Shown here: one piece after another, positions 1 through 9,744 of the stretch
Layout of the letters: each line of letters starts with the position of its first letter
Numbering within the stretch: the stretch's first letter is position 1
IMG/VR virus record: IMGVR_UViG_2799112330_000002
Span: 160,001-224,000 of that record
Source: a virus
Lineage: Duplodnaviria; Heunggongvirae; Uroviricota; Caudoviricetes
Direction: 5' to 3' (one strand)
DNA: 64,000 bases
Translations under genes and position numbers: made by a program
The notes under the pieces: model-generated
Databases searched by the model: none
What the model was told of the DNA's origin: nothing
The model's input: the letters and a program-made list of their open reading frames with translations, nothing else

Positions 1-156
1 AGGAATTATTTTTGTTACTTCATCATCAAAAAAGAATTTAACAGTAGCTTTTTCAACCCCATTACCTAATGTATATTTACCATTATTAGCGTATAATTGA
101 GTTAAATCAATCTCATTATCATTTACAATTATTTTCTTAAATAGATTAGTATTCAT
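1..156 (-). CDS. N-terminal part of a probable LRR/BspA-like virion or surface protein (runs off the window)
   Basis: ATG at 156, open to base 1: MNTNLFKKIIVNDNEIDLTQLYANNGKYTLGNGVEKATVKFFFDDEVTKIIP. The start resembles that of the neighbouring 182..1798 protein (KIIxxD). Confidence 0.55.
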   Translation of the reverse strand, partial: MNTNLFKKIIVNDNEIDLTQLYANNGKYTLGNGVEKATVKFFFDDEVTKIIP

Positions 157-181
157 TTTTATATATTATGTATTATTTTTT

Positions 182-1798
182 TTAATTGCCATTTATAATT
201 TGAATATCTCCATTAGTATCTGGTTCATATTCATTAATGATATCTGGATCTGCCTCTGGTTCTGCATTATTATTTATGATTTGAATATCTCCATCATCAG
301 TTTCAAATTCTATTTCAATGTCAGGAATTTCTTCAGGTAGAGGTTCTTGAATATTGATTACATAATTCAATATTGTTGCATTATAGTTTTCAGATCCTTC
401 AAATGTTACTGTTATTGTAGCATTTCCTGTTGCATCCTTGAATGTAAGATTTCCTTCATTGTCTACAGTTACAAGATCTTCATTAGAAGAAATGAAAGTA
501 ACAGGTAATGAATGAGGATTGTTGATTTCTATCTTAGCAAGATCAATCTCATCTTTATATAATGTTACTGGAGAAACTGGCATTGCATTATTGAATGATA
601 TTCCAGAATCTTGCTTACTACCCTTTACAATTGTTATCATGACATCCATAAATGTTGCAGCATAAAGATCAGTACCCTTATATTGAATGCTTAATGCAAC
701 ATTTCCTACACGTGATAAAGCTGGCGTAATCTTATGTTCTGCTTCGTTTATTGAAATCCATGAAGCATTTGAAGTAGCAACAATAGACAAATTACCATCT
801 AATGGTAAGTTATTTGGATTTGAAATCCATTCAGTAATATCATAGATAGATCCTATTTCAATTGTTATATTTTTCTCTATCATTGAAAGACCTGATGCAT
901 TCTTACGGAATGGTAATGAAAGAGAAGCAGAAAAATATGTTCCATCATAGTAAGGCTCTGTACAAGCATATATGATAACATTACCAGATTTGTTTGCTTT
1001 GAATGTCATCTCACCAGTCTGATCAATACTTACAATATCACTATTTGATGAAAGATATGTAATCTTCTGATTTGTAGTATTTTGTGGTAGTATATTGAAT
1101 CCATAGATCTGTTTTACTTGATCCTGTGTAGATGCATATGTTGTCTCAAATGAACGCATATTAGCTCCATTATAAGTGAAATTGATTTCTTCAGGTTTTA
1201 CTCTGAATCTCTCTTCAATGACATGTGAATAATCATGTACTTCATTCCACTGATCATAGTAATATTCTCCACCATCAGATAGAAGTTCATAGTCAATCTC
1301 ATCATAACCACCGATTTCATTCTTAGTAAAATATTGAACACTTCCATCAGTAACAATATGATCAAAATCTTCTACCTTTACAAATTTTGATCCATCTGGA
1401 ATATAGCAAAATGTTGTAGGAGCAAGATCAGAAAAGAAGATTGTTGGTGGTACACGTGTTTCAGGATCTTCTTTTTTTGTAAACTGGATTTCTGTTAATG
1501 AGGTACATCCATTGAAAACATTTGGTCCAACATAATCAATAGTTTCTGGAAGTTCAATCTTCTTCAACTTTACACAGTTTTCAAATGCATTTCTTTTGAT
1601 TGTTGTAATCATTGATGGGAATTCAACCTTTGTCAAATCATCACAATTCTTGAATGCATAAGCACAAATCTCATTAGTATTTTCCAATCCAATCTTTACA
1701 TTATGAACACCTGAACGAGTGAAATTATAAGTAAATGGAAATACAGTAGATTCATCTAAACTAATATTTACATCATCTATTATTATTTTATTTACCAT
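182..1798 (-). CDS. BspA-type leucine-rich repeat (LRR_5) protein with C-terminal Ig-like (Big_2-like) domains
   Basis: LRR_5 repeats (AFKNCDDLTKVEFP, AFENCVKLKKIELP, VFNGCTSLTEI); Big_2-like motifs (TNQKITYLSSNSDIVSIDQTG, VTFISSNEDLVTVDNEG); acidic tail with DGDIQIIN/NGDIQIIN duplicated. Confidence 0.8.
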   Translation of the reverse strand: MVNKIIIDDVNISLDESTVFPFTYNFTRSGVHNVKIGLENTNEICAYAFKNCDDLTKVEFPSMITTIKRNAFENCVKLKKIELPETIDYVGPNVFNGCTSLTEIQFTKKEDPETRVPPTIFFSDLAPTTFCYIPDGSKFVKVEDFDHIVTDGSVQYFTKNEIGGYDEIDYELLSDGGEYYYDQWNEVHDYSHVIEERFRVKPEEINFTYNGANMRSFETTYASTQDQVKQIYGFNILPQNTTNQKITYLSSNSDIVSIDQTGEMTFKANKSGNVIIYACTEPYYDGTYFSASLSLPFRKNASGLSMIEKNITIEIGSIYDITEWISNPNNLPLDGNLSIVATSNASWISINEAEHKITPALSRVGNVALSIQYKGTDLYAATFMDVMITIVKGSKQDSGISFNNAMPVSPVTLYKDEIDLAKIEINNPHSLPVTFISSNEDLVTVDNEGNLTFKDATGNATITVTFEGSENYNATILNYVINIQEPLPEEIPDIEIEFETDDGDIQIINNNAEPEADPDIINEYEPDTNGDIQIINGN

Positions 1799-1824
1799 GG
1801 TTCTTATATGTTATATATTATATA

Positions 1825-2238
1825 TTATTCTTCAAATAGTTTGATTTTCTTATTAAAGCATTTTGTTCTTTTGTCTATTCCGTAATATTTGTCATTTTCA
1901 CTATCATAATATATATCACCAAAATATTCTTTATTCTCATTATCAACAAAACGCTCTCTTTGGTAATTGACACTTGAACAACCTTTGACAAAAGTTACTG
2001 GAAGTTTAGTCACATAGTTTTTCTTAGCAACATATTCATCACTTGATACTTTCAATATATTGTAACTAGAATTGTCAAATCTTTTCTCTTGTCCTTCTTC
2101 ATTCATATATGTATAATACACTGGTTGTTCTGGCTCTTTATGATGAAAATTGAGATAGATTCTTTCCTTTTTCTTAATGATATTTTGCTTGATATTTGTC
2201 TTCTTATTACTTTTAACATCAAAAACTATGCTTGCCAT
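1825..2238 (-). CDS. hypothetical protein
   Basis: 137-aa ORF co-oriented with the LRR gene and preceded by the TTATTTTTAA motif. Confidence 0.6.
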   Translation of the reverse strand: MASIVFDVKSNKKTNIKQNIIKKKERIYLNFHHKEPEQPVYYTYMNEEGQEKRFDNSSYNILKVSSDEYVAKKNYVTKLPVTFVKGCSSVNYQRERFVDNENKEYFGDIYYDSENDKYYGIDKRTKCFNKKIKLFEE

Positions 2239-2335
2239 AAATAAAATAGTGAAATTAATTTGTATATGTTCTTATTTTATATTTAAAAATAAATTATATT
2301 TTTAATTAAAATTATAGGTAATAACAAACAAGCAT

Positions 2336-2785
2336 ATGACATCATTCATCAAGAATATGAAGCCCAAGAAAGGGTTCTATAAGCAAGGAATAGTCAATCC
2401 AAAATTGTTGAAGAAATATGCGGATTCTTTAAAGAATGAACCTATTATCTATAGAAGTGGATTAGAACTACAATTCATCCAATATTGTGAAAATAATCCA
2501 TCTATTATAAAATGGGCGTCTGAACCAATAGAGATTCCATATTTCTGTAGATTAGACCAAAAAGAACATAAATACTATCCTGACTATATTCTAGAAAACA
2601 AGCAAGGGAACAAGGTCATCGTAGAAGTAAAGCCTTATAATCAGACAATAAAGCCAGATATGACAGATACTATTTGGCTGAAAGAAGCATGGGTAAAGAA
2701 TATAGACAAATGGACTGCAGCAAAAGAATTTGCAGAAAAGCATAACATGAAATTCATTATAGTAACAGAAAAGTTCTTCACATAA
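2336..2785 (+). CDS. T4 gp4-like head completion nuclease (TnsA-N/PD-(D/E)xK fold)
   Basis: YRSGLE...YCENNPSIIKWASEPIEIPY...YYPDY...VEVKP...KWTAAKEFA...FIIVTE matches the gp4 family pattern. Confidence 0.85.
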   Translation: MTSFIKNMKPKKGFYKQGIVNPKLLKKYADSLKNEPIIYRSGLELQFIQYCENNPSIIKWASEPIEIPYFCRLDQKEHKYYPDYILENKQGNKVIVEVKPYNQTIKPDMTDTIWLKEAWVKNIDKWTAAKEFAEKHNMKFIIVTEKFFT

Positions 2786-2806
2786 ATATATATATTCAAT
2801 CATTAA

Positions 2807-3499
2807 ATGCCTTTTAAGATAATTGCCAAAGATACTACTCAACCTAATGATAATTCTAAATTAGATGGGATGCAGACATTGCATGATATTGATAGATTCA
2901 TATATGATGCAAAAAGTATTGAAGAATTCAGAATGGATGAAGCAATTGCTAGTCATCCGTTGATTCATCGTCCAACAAACATTAGATCAAAATTGGCTTA
3001 TGCAGATCTTCTCAAGGTATGTAAGCCTACAACTAAATATCTTCTTCCTGGGCAATGTGTCATATTTGGCTATGCTGAACCTAAGTATAAGGAAGAACTT
3101 GAATACTATGACAAGACACCGTTCACAATGTTCTTGGGAATTACTCGTACAAATAATGGTGATATACGTGAAGTAGGACTTAATCTTCATTACTATCCAC
3201 CAAGAGTTCGTGCAAGAATTCTCCATACCACATATGAAGTATTTAAACATCATTTTCAGAAACATTTTAATGATCCACCAGAAAAACCATCCGGATTCAT
3301 TAACTATAATGCTTTGAAAAATATTTTAAAAAGAAATACAAAAATTGCTTTTGGTATAAAGATGTATATTCCAGTTCTAAGAGGCAAATCATATGTTCTT
3401 CCAACAAGACTATTACCTACTGCTTGTTGTACTGAAGGACACTTTTCAAAAGCAACATTAGCACAGATACATAAATATTGGAGACAGTTCAAACAATAA
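2807..3499 (+). CDS. T4 gp2-like DNA end protector protein
   Basis: PG..FGY.PKYKEELEYYDKTP and GLNLHYYPP motifs typical of gp2; adjacent to the gp4-like gene. Confidence 0.75.
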   Translation: MPFKIIAKDTTQPNDNSKLDGMQTLHDIDRFIYDAKSIEEFRMDEAIASHPLIHRPTNIRSKLAYADLLKVCKPTTKYLLPGQCVIFGYAEPKYKEELEYYDKTPFTMFLGITRTNNGDIREVGLNLHYYPPRVRARILHTTYEVFKHHFQKHFNDPPEKPSGFINYNALKNILKRNTKIAFGIKMYIPVLRGKSYVLPTRLLPTACCTEGHFSKATLAQIHKYWRQFKQ

Positions 3500-3616
3500 A
3501 TTTAAGTCTCCAGGTTCTAACAACATTTGTTATATATTGGAGACAGTTCAAACAATAAATTTAAGTCTCCAGGACAGTTCAAACAATAAATTTAAGTCTC
3601 CAGGTTCTAACAACAT
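3475..3616. repeat. Triplicated ~40-52 bp direct repeat (core GACAGTTCAAACAATAAATTTAAGTCTCCAGG) containing the gp2-like stop codon
   Basis: Copies at about 3475-3526, 3534-3573 and 3573-3616; the first two contain the inverted pair GGAGAC...GTCTCC. Confidence 0.9.
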
Positions 3617-3644
3617 AAATAAAATATATATAGAGGCAAAATTT

Positions 3645-4499
3645 ATGAAGGTAGCAATTTGTACTGTTGGTAGACTAGAAAATAGATATATCAATGAATT
3701 CGTTGATCATTATAGAAATATTGGAATTGATAAAATATTCATTCATGACAATAACTATGATGGAGAAGATCATTTTGAAGATGTATTACAACAAGATATA
3801 AATAGTGGATTAGTTGAAATTATTAATTACAGAAATAGACAAGTATGTCAACTAGAAGCTTATATGAAATGTTATGAACTTCATAAAAATGAATATGATT
3901 GGATTCTTTTTATAGATTGTGATGAATTTCTTTATATGGAGCATTTTAATAATATTCATGAATTCTTAGCTCAACCGAAATTCAATAGTTTTCAAATGAT
4001 TCATATCAATTGGATGATTTATGGTGATAATGATTTAGTATATTATGAAAATAAAAAATTAAAAGATCGATTTATTAATCCAATATTACCTTTTAATTTT
4101 AAGACTACAGAAAATGATATGACATTTAATTGTCATATTAAATCAATTATTAGAGGAGGATTAGAAAGATTAATTTTTGTTTATAGTCCACATACACCTG
4201 AAAATAATTTTAAATGTTGTGATGCCACCGGTAATGTATGTCAGTCAAATAGTCCATTTCTTGTTCCGTATAACTTTACTGAAGCACATTTCAAGCATTA
4301 TGTTACAAAGACAATTGATGAATATTATCATATTAAAGTTAAAAGAGGATTTCCGGATGTAAATAAAGATTTCTTTAAAACTAATAATTGGATTGAACAA
4401 TTTTTTAAGATAAATAAAATGACAATAGAAAAACAACTATATATAAGAGGACTATATAATAAAAATATTGTAAAAAATGAAAAATTAAATGGAATTTAA
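3645..4499 (+). CDS. GT-A fold glycosyltransferase (GT2-like / GT92-like)
   Basis: MKVAICTVGRLENRYINEFVDHY..IHDNN..YDWILFIDCDEF (DxD). The real start is probably ATG 3645; the TTG at 3537 only translates the DNA repeat. Confidence 0.85.
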   Translation: MKVAICTVGRLENRYINEFVDHYRNIGIDKIFIHDNNYDGEDHFEDVLQQDINSGLVEIINYRNRQVCQLEAYMKCYELHKNEYDWILFIDCDEFLYMEHFNNIHEFLAQPKFNSFQMIHINWMIYGDNDLVYYENKKLKDRFINPILPFNFKTTENDMTFNCHIKSIIRGGLERLIFVYSPHTPENNFKCCDATGNVCQSNSPFLVPYNFTEAHFKHYVTKTIDEYYHIKVKRGFPDVNKDFFKTNNWIEQFFKINKMTIEKQLYIRGLYNKNIVKNEKLNGI

Positions 4500-4548
4500 C
4501 CCATAGTATTTCTATTTTAATAATATTAAAAATATTTTTTTACAATAT

Positions 4549-5394
4549 ATGAATAATAGATTTTGTATTGTAATTCCTGTCTATAAAACAGATTTAAGTA
4601 TAACAGAGGAATTATCATTTAGAAACTTTATCAATACTTTCAAAAACAAAGACAACAATATTTTCTTCATATGCCCAGATGACCTTGATACAACTGCATA
4701 TGATACTGTCATAAAAAATGAATTGTCTAAGAAAGATAAGTTATTGATAGAAAGAAAGAATTTTGATGCCAAATATTTCAAAAGTGAATTCACTTATAGT
4801 CAGTTATGTGTTAACTATGATTTCTATAGTTCATTTGATGATTATGACTATATGCTTATCTGGCAGTTTGATTGCTATCTATTCAATGATAATATTGAAA
4901 AATGGTGTGATAAGGGATATGACTATATAGGAGCACCAATCATTTCTGAATATAGTGGATGGAAAAGCAATAATGATATTGTATGGAAGCCAAAAGTCGG
5001 CAATGGCGGATTAAGCTTAAGAAAGATTAGTACATTCAAAGATGTCACAAATCCAGAAGGAGAATTCTTGACATACTATAAGTCAACTTATAATAATAAT
5101 TTGTTTGAAAAACTTAAGTTTGAAGATGTATATTTCTATAATGTGTTCCGTTATTATTGGGATGCTAATATTCCTTCATGGGAAGAAGCTGGTCGATTTG
5201 CATTAGATATGAATCCAGAAGTATATGCTAATTTTGTTAATGATAAAGAATTCTTACCTATGGCTTGTCACGCATGGCCAAAGAATATTAGATTCTGGAA
5301 AGACAAAATAAAAGAAATAGACAATAACATAATAGATTATTGTGAAGAAAAATATAAAGAATTTTTTAAATTATATTATGGAGAAAAAAAATGA
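4549..5394 (+). CDS. DUF5672-like glycosyltransferase-related protein
   Basis: IVIPVYK, YDYMLIWQFDCY, GYDYIGAP, VGNGGLSLRK, EDVYF motifs. Confidence 0.8.
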   Translation: MNNRFCIVIPVYKTDLSITEELSFRNFINTFKNKDNNIFFICPDDLDTTAYDTVIKNELSKKDKLLIERKNFDAKYFKSEFTYSQLCVNYDFYSSFDDYDYMLIWQFDCYLFNDNIEKWCDKGYDYIGAPIISEYSGWKSNNDIVWKPKVGNGGLSLRKISTFKDVTNPEGEFLTYYKSTYNNNLFEKLKFEDVYFYNVFRYYWDANIPSWEEAGRFALDMNPEVYANFVNDKEFLPMACHAWPKNIRFWKDKIKEIDNNIIDYCEEKYKEFFKLYYGEKK

Positions 5395-6232
5395 TGTAAA
5401 GATTTGTATTTTATGTTTATGCTCTCATCATCAAATATTTCAATACCAAGTAATGGTAGATAAAAATACATGGATTAAACATGCTCAAGAAGAAGGAATT
5501 GATGTATATAGATATGAAGGATCAAATAGAAATGAAATTATAGATGATATAATTTATTGTGATTGCGAAGATGATTTTTGGCATACATATGAAAAAACAA
5601 TTTGTGCATTTCAGCAATTAGATATTGATAAATATGATTTTGTTGTCCGTACTAATCTTACAACATATATAAATCCAAAAATATTAATACAATATTGTCA
5701 ATTCTTAAAAGATAATAATTATAATATTGCTAATGGCTGCTTATGTATAAAAGATAATATTATTAATTATCGTGGTAATAGTTTAATATTAGATAATATG
5801 GTTTGTCATTATTTATTAGATCATATTCATCCAAATACTGAACATATTCAAGATGATGGAGTATTTCAAGAAGTATTTAAAAATATAGATAATTTAAAAA
5901 TTCATTCTGTTCCATTTAGATATTATTGTAAAGAAGAATATTTTAAATATCATCCACAAACTATAAAAGAAATAACTAAAGAAAATCTTGAAGGAATTGT
6001 ATTTATTAGTTATAGAATAACAGAAATTAATAAAATAAATACAGATAAATTACATGAAAAATATAGATATATTGAATTAGGAAGATGTTATGAAATAGAT
6101 TCAGTATATAATCAATTAGAAAATAATAGTATTAAAGATAATTTTGGTTTAATATATGATGATGCTATTAATAAATTTAGATCAAATATAAATACTATTA
6201 TTCAACATAATAATACATTAGTTTATGAATAA
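5342..6232 (+). CDS. putative GT-A glycosyltransferase (GT31/galactosyltransferase-like); start may be 5378
   Basis: TYEKT..YDFVVRTNLTTYIN..RGNSLIL..QDD pattern; paralogous to 53217..54206. Confidence 0.6.
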   Translation: MKKNIKNFLNYIMEKKNDVKICILCLCSHHQIFQYQVMVDKNTWIKHAQEEGIDVYRYEGSNRNEIIDDIIYCDCEDDFWHTYEKTICAFQQLDIDKYDFVVRTNLTTYINPKILIQYCQFLKDNNYNIANGCLCIKDNIINYRGNSLILDNMVCHYLLDHIHPNTEHIQDDGVFQEVFKNIDNLKIHSVPFRYYCKEEYFKYHPQTIKEITKENLEGIVFISYRITEINKINTDKLHEKYRYIELGRCYEIDSVYNQLENNSIKDNFGLIYDDAINKFRSNINTIIQHNNTLVYE

Positions 6233-6335
6233 TAAATATAATATTTAATATTAGATAAGTACTAGCAAACTTATAGAACAAATATTTTATTTTTAATATA
6301 TAAATTCATAAACAAATATTTAAGATAATAGCAGT

Positions 6336-7334
6336 ATGAAGAAATTCAGTAAATCAATAAATGAAGGATGTGTAACTGCCGATGTTAATCCAGGCAATGC
6401 ATATTCAAATACTGGTGTAATGAATCATCTTACTCCTGTTGGTAATATTGTGGCTCAAATAAGAAATTTGTTTGGCCCATTGACAGGAATTGTTGCATCT
6501 GTTGCAGAAGATGGTTTTTCAGTTAAGCTTAATTCTTCTAAGTTTGTGTCAAAAGAAGAAGTGAACAAGATCTTGTATGATATGACATCAATGAGAAATG
6601 TAAGTATTGATTCATTGATTAGACAAAGTGGTTTAAGTGTTCAAAAGCTTATTCCAATTGGTCAATATTTTGTTGTATATTATTCTCCCAATGACATAAA
6701 GGGAGCAAAGCCAGGAGTAGAACCTGAACCAGCTAATCTTCCATGTAGTGAAATGCGTACAATAGATGCTGAAGAAGTTGAAATGTTTGCATTCATTACA
6801 GAATCGGATGATGATGAAGAACTTAAAGACATCACAAAGGAAAAGATTAGTGAATTGATAAAAGCTAAAGACAAAGTAAAAGCAGCACAACAACTAGAAC
6901 TTTTGGTAACTCAAGAAATGGAACTTCCAAGAGAATACTATTTTGCTGGTGTAAAATCTAAAGATGGCGATGAGTCTATTGCTTTAAGATGGAAATATAC
7001 AAGAAAACGTCCTCATAACAAATCATCCGAATCTGTAAGATCATTGTTGAATATCTTTGATGATTCAGAAGAAGGCATATGGGTACAGGACTTTGTAAAA
7101 GACTCAATGTTCCAATTACCTGATGAAGTAAAGAAGCTTATTGAATCTGTTCTTGAATTCCTTGGCGCAGAGAAAACAAATGATCCTGCAATCTGGTCAT
7201 TGAAAAAATCTGAAAAGAAGGATGAAAAGAAAGATGATGACAAGAAAGAAGAGGACAAGAAATCAAACAAAGAAGAATCAGATGATGAAGATGACAGTTC
7301 AAGAGGAGATTCTTCAGATGATTTATTAGGATAA
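6336..7334 (+). CDS. putative internal head/prohead protein with capsid-targeting-like N-terminus
   Basis: Starts MKKFSKSINE; internal FITE; highly charged Lys/Asp/Glu C-terminus; TTATTTTTAAT motif at 6287-6297. Confidence 0.5.
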   Translation: MKKFSKSINEGCVTADVNPGNAYSNTGVMNHLTPVGNIVAQIRNLFGPLTGIVASVAEDGFSVKLNSSKFVSKEEVNKILYDMTSMRNVSIDSLIRQSGLSVQKLIPIGQYFVVYYSPNDIKGAKPGVEPEPANLPCSEMRTIDAEEVEMFAFITESDDDEELKDITKEKISELIKAKDKVKAAQQLELLVTQEMELPREYYFAGVKSKDGDESIALRWKYTRKRPHNKSSESVRSLLNIFDDSEEGIWVQDFVKDSMFQLPDEVKKLIESVLEFLGAEKTNDPAIWSLKKSEKKDEKKDDDKKEEDKKSNKEESDDEDDSSRGDSSDDLLG

Positions 7335-7372
7335 AATAACAAATAATCAAAATAAATAATAAAATAAAAGCA

Positions 7373-7592
7373 ACGATATGAAAGGGGTATTATACTTCTA
7401 GTGAGAAGTGATTGATATTCTATAAAATTATTTATATTATATCAGATACCCTTTATCGTATTTTAATTTTTCACTGGAAGGAAATTTTAATACGTATAAG
7501 AAAGTCGAATAAAAATCAATTTTTGAGGCAGAAAAATTGGGTATGATTTTTTGAAGACTAAATGCATATGTTGACCGAGAAGATGTCCAATA
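7373..7592 (+). ncRNA. candidate structured RNA / cis-regulatory leader upstream of the GH73 hydrolase
   Basis: Nested complementary arms: ACGATA-AAAGGGGTAT / ATACCCTTTATCGT enclosing ACTTCT/AGAAGT and TGATAT..TATAAA/TTTATA..ATATCA; second domain AGTC..AAAAATCA..AATTTTT/AAAAATT..TGATTTTT..GACT. Confidence 0.4.
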
Positions 7593-7601
7593 ATTATATG
7601 C

Positions 7602-8327
7602 ATGAAAAATAAAAATATCAAATACAATAATATGAGTAGAAAAATGAAATTTAAGAGAGTTTTATTATGCGCATTATTGATTTCATTACCTGTGTTATCA
7701 ATGACAAATGTGAATAAAGCTAAAATATATACAAATGGAATTGACAACAAACAGGTAACAATGTGTTATGATAAATATGATACTGCCAAGTTTGGAAAGA
7801 TAGATTCAATTCTTTTTGCTAAAGATAGTTTGAAGAAAGATTCTATATATAAGTCAATATTGAAGACCAGACAAGACAGTATCAAAGAAATCTTGATTGA
7901 TGAAGTTGACAAATATATGAGGAAAATAACTCCAAGATTCCATCAAAGTCTTCCTCGTGAATTTGTCAATCATTCTTTAGAATATGGTATTGATCTATCT
8001 TTTATGTTAGCTCAAACTCAACTAGAGACAATCTTTGGTACAGCAGGAGCAGGAAGAGAATCATCACGTAGATCTCTTTTTGGTGTAGCTGTCAGAAGAT
8101 ATTCATCATATCAAGAAGCAATCAATGACTATTGCAAACTGCTTAAGAAAAGCTATCTTGTAAAGGGAAGAACGGAACATCATCTTATGAAAAGATATAC
8201 TACTGGTTCTGGTGCAAGATATGCAAGTAATCCACATTATGAAGTTGAACTGTCAAGAACATACAACAACATCATACGGAATACTAATATAGATGAAATA
8301 CAAATGCAGATTCAGTCATTAGGATAA
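7602..8327 (+). CDS. GH73 glucosaminidase-family peptidoglycan hydrolase (candidate endolysin) with signal peptide; start may be 7632 or 7644
   Basis: LAQTQLET-FG (catalytic Glu), SLFGV, YSSYQEAINDY, RYASNPHYE (YATDP-like); N-terminal MKFKRVLLCALLISLPVLS. Confidence 0.8.
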   Translation: MKNKNIKYNNMSRKMKFKRVLLCALLISLPVLSMTNVNKAKIYTNGIDNKQVTMCYDKYDTAKFGKIDSILFAKDSLKKDSIYKSILKTRQDSIKEILIDEVDKYMRKITPRFHQSLPREFVNHSLEYGIDLSFMLAQTQLETIFGTAGAGRESSRRSLFGVAVRRYSSYQEAINDYCKLLKKSYLVKGRTEHHLMKRYTTGSGARYASNPHYEVELSRTYNNIIRNTNIDEIQMQIQSLG

Positions 8328-8350
8328 AAAATATATAGATGATTTAGATT

Positions 8351-9064
8351 ATGAATAGCTGGAAGTCTTACAAGTATATGTTCATACTTGGATTAGTTAG
8401 TTTCTTATTATTGATTTCTAATTTGTTTGCAATCAGACAATGCTCAAACAATGTTAGAAAGAATAATAACAATATCGTTGCTCTTACTGATTCTATCAAA
8501 TATCACAAGACTAAGGCTAATGAGCTATATGTTTCTAAGACATTATTAGAAGGTGATCTCAACACATTGAAGATTGCTAATGACAGTTTGTATAATGTTA
8601 TAAAAGACATGAAGGAGATAAAGCATCCATCATCTGTTGTATATATCAATCAAACTGTAGATAATGGAAAGAAAGATACTGCTTGGATCATTGAAAAAGA
8701 CACTTTAGTAAGATACCCAATTCTTACCAAAGAGTTCTCGTTTGACAATCAGTTTAGAGCATTGAATGGGAATGTCTTTCTTCAAGATTCTATTTTGGGT
8801 CTGAATATCAATAATGATAAGGTCTTCATGGATTATACAATTGCTATTGAGAAAAATCAAGTATTTGTAAAATCAAATAATCCTTATATCCAATTCAACA
8901 AGATACAAGGCATTACTATTCCAGAGCCACGAAGACGTCTGACTTCATTAGTGATAGGACCTTCTGTAGGTTATGGATATGATTTGCAAGAGAAGAGATT
9001 TGCTCCTTCTATCAATCTATCTGTAACTTACGGAATTGATTTAATTAACTTATTAAAAAAATAA
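8351..9064 (+). CDS. membrane-anchored coiled-coil protein with C-terminal beta-strands (candidate spanin-like lysis accessory)
   Basis: N-terminal TM helix followed by RQCS, coiled-coil region, C-terminal IGPSVGYGYD...SINLSVTYGI; directly after the hydrolase. Confidence 0.55.
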   Translation: MNSWKSYKYMFILGLVSFLLLISNLFAIRQCSNNVRKNNNNIVALTDSIKYHKTKANELYVSKTLLEGDLNTLKIANDSLYNVIKDMKEIKHPSSVVYINQTVDNGKKDTAWIIEKDTLVRYPILTKEFSFDNQFRALNGNVFLQDSILGLNINNDKVFMDYTIAIEKNQVFVKSNNPYIQFNKIQGITIPEPRRRLTSLVIGPSVGYGYDLQEKRFAPSINLSVTYGIDLINLLKK

Positions 9065-9108
9065 GAATAAACATAAAAATATTAAAAAATAAATAATATA
9101 TATAAATT

Positions 9109-9507
9109 ATGCAGATAACATCTAAATATAGTGAAAATGATAAGGTATGGTTCTATAATAATCATAAATATTATGAAGGTATAATAGTTGCAATAAGTAG
9201 TTGGAATGAAAATGATACTTTTATATATCGAATTCAACATAACAGTGCTAATGAATCATTTATGCTATATGTAAATGAACATGACATCTATGAATCAGAA
9301 TCAGATATTCCTCAACCTGAATTAATACATTATGAATTAATAGAACCAACAGATCCAATGGATGATATTACACCAGATCCAATTGATGATCCTACGCCAG
9401 ATTCAATTGATGATTCTAATACTCAAGATCCTAATGATCCAGTAGAGCCAATTGATGATCCTACACCAGATCCAGTAGATCCTGAAAATTCAATAGATCC
9501 TGAATAA
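9109..9507 (+). CDS. hypothetical protein with SH3/KOW-like N-terminus and Pro/Asp-rich repeats
   Basis: KYSENDKVWF...EGII; C-terminal PIDDPTPD repeats. Confidence 0.6.
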   Translation: MQITSKYSENDKVWFYNNHKYYEGIIVAISSWNENDTFIYRIQHNSANESFMLYVNEHDIYESESDIPQPELIHYELIEPTDPMDDITPDPIDDPTPDSIDDSNTQDPNDPVEPIDDPTPDPVDPENSIDPE

Positions 9508-9520
9508 TTTTATATATATT

Positions 9521-9620
9521 AAAACACACAGAATGTCCTCTGTATGTATTCATTTCAAGGATATATAATTATATTAAAACTTGATTTGATGCACACAGAG
9601 GACATTTAAGTGTGGTTCTG
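9521..9620. other. long imperfect inverted repeat (~100 nt hairpin or cruciform)
   Basis: AATGTCCTCTGTATGTATTCATTTCAAG ... CTTGATTTGATGCACACAGAGGACATT, extended by CACAC/GTGTG. Confidence 0.7.
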
Positions 9621-9744
9621 ATGAATATTTCTCTTATGTTCATGAATGTATAATTCTTAATTTTTATTTTAAAATTTTTTCATTTATTTTATAAAATTAT
9701 TTAAAAACATTGTCTATATTAAATATATATTAAGAGAAATTAAG

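Noticed and set aside
3475-3616. Possible mini-CRISPR array (palindromic ~32-bp repeat x3)
   Set aside because: There are no unique spacers of regular length (copies abut or share flanks), the repeat is simply the end of the upstream gene, and no cas genes are present.
3537-3644. N-terminal extension METVQTINLSLQD... of the glycosyltransferase
   Set aside because: It is a translation of the DNA repeat; the GT fold begins at ATG 3645.
9619-9657. Hammerhead ribozyme (CTGATGA followed by a hairpin)
   Set aside because: The stem is not followed directly by GAAA (reads TCATGAAT), and I could not build stems I and III with a cleavage triplet.
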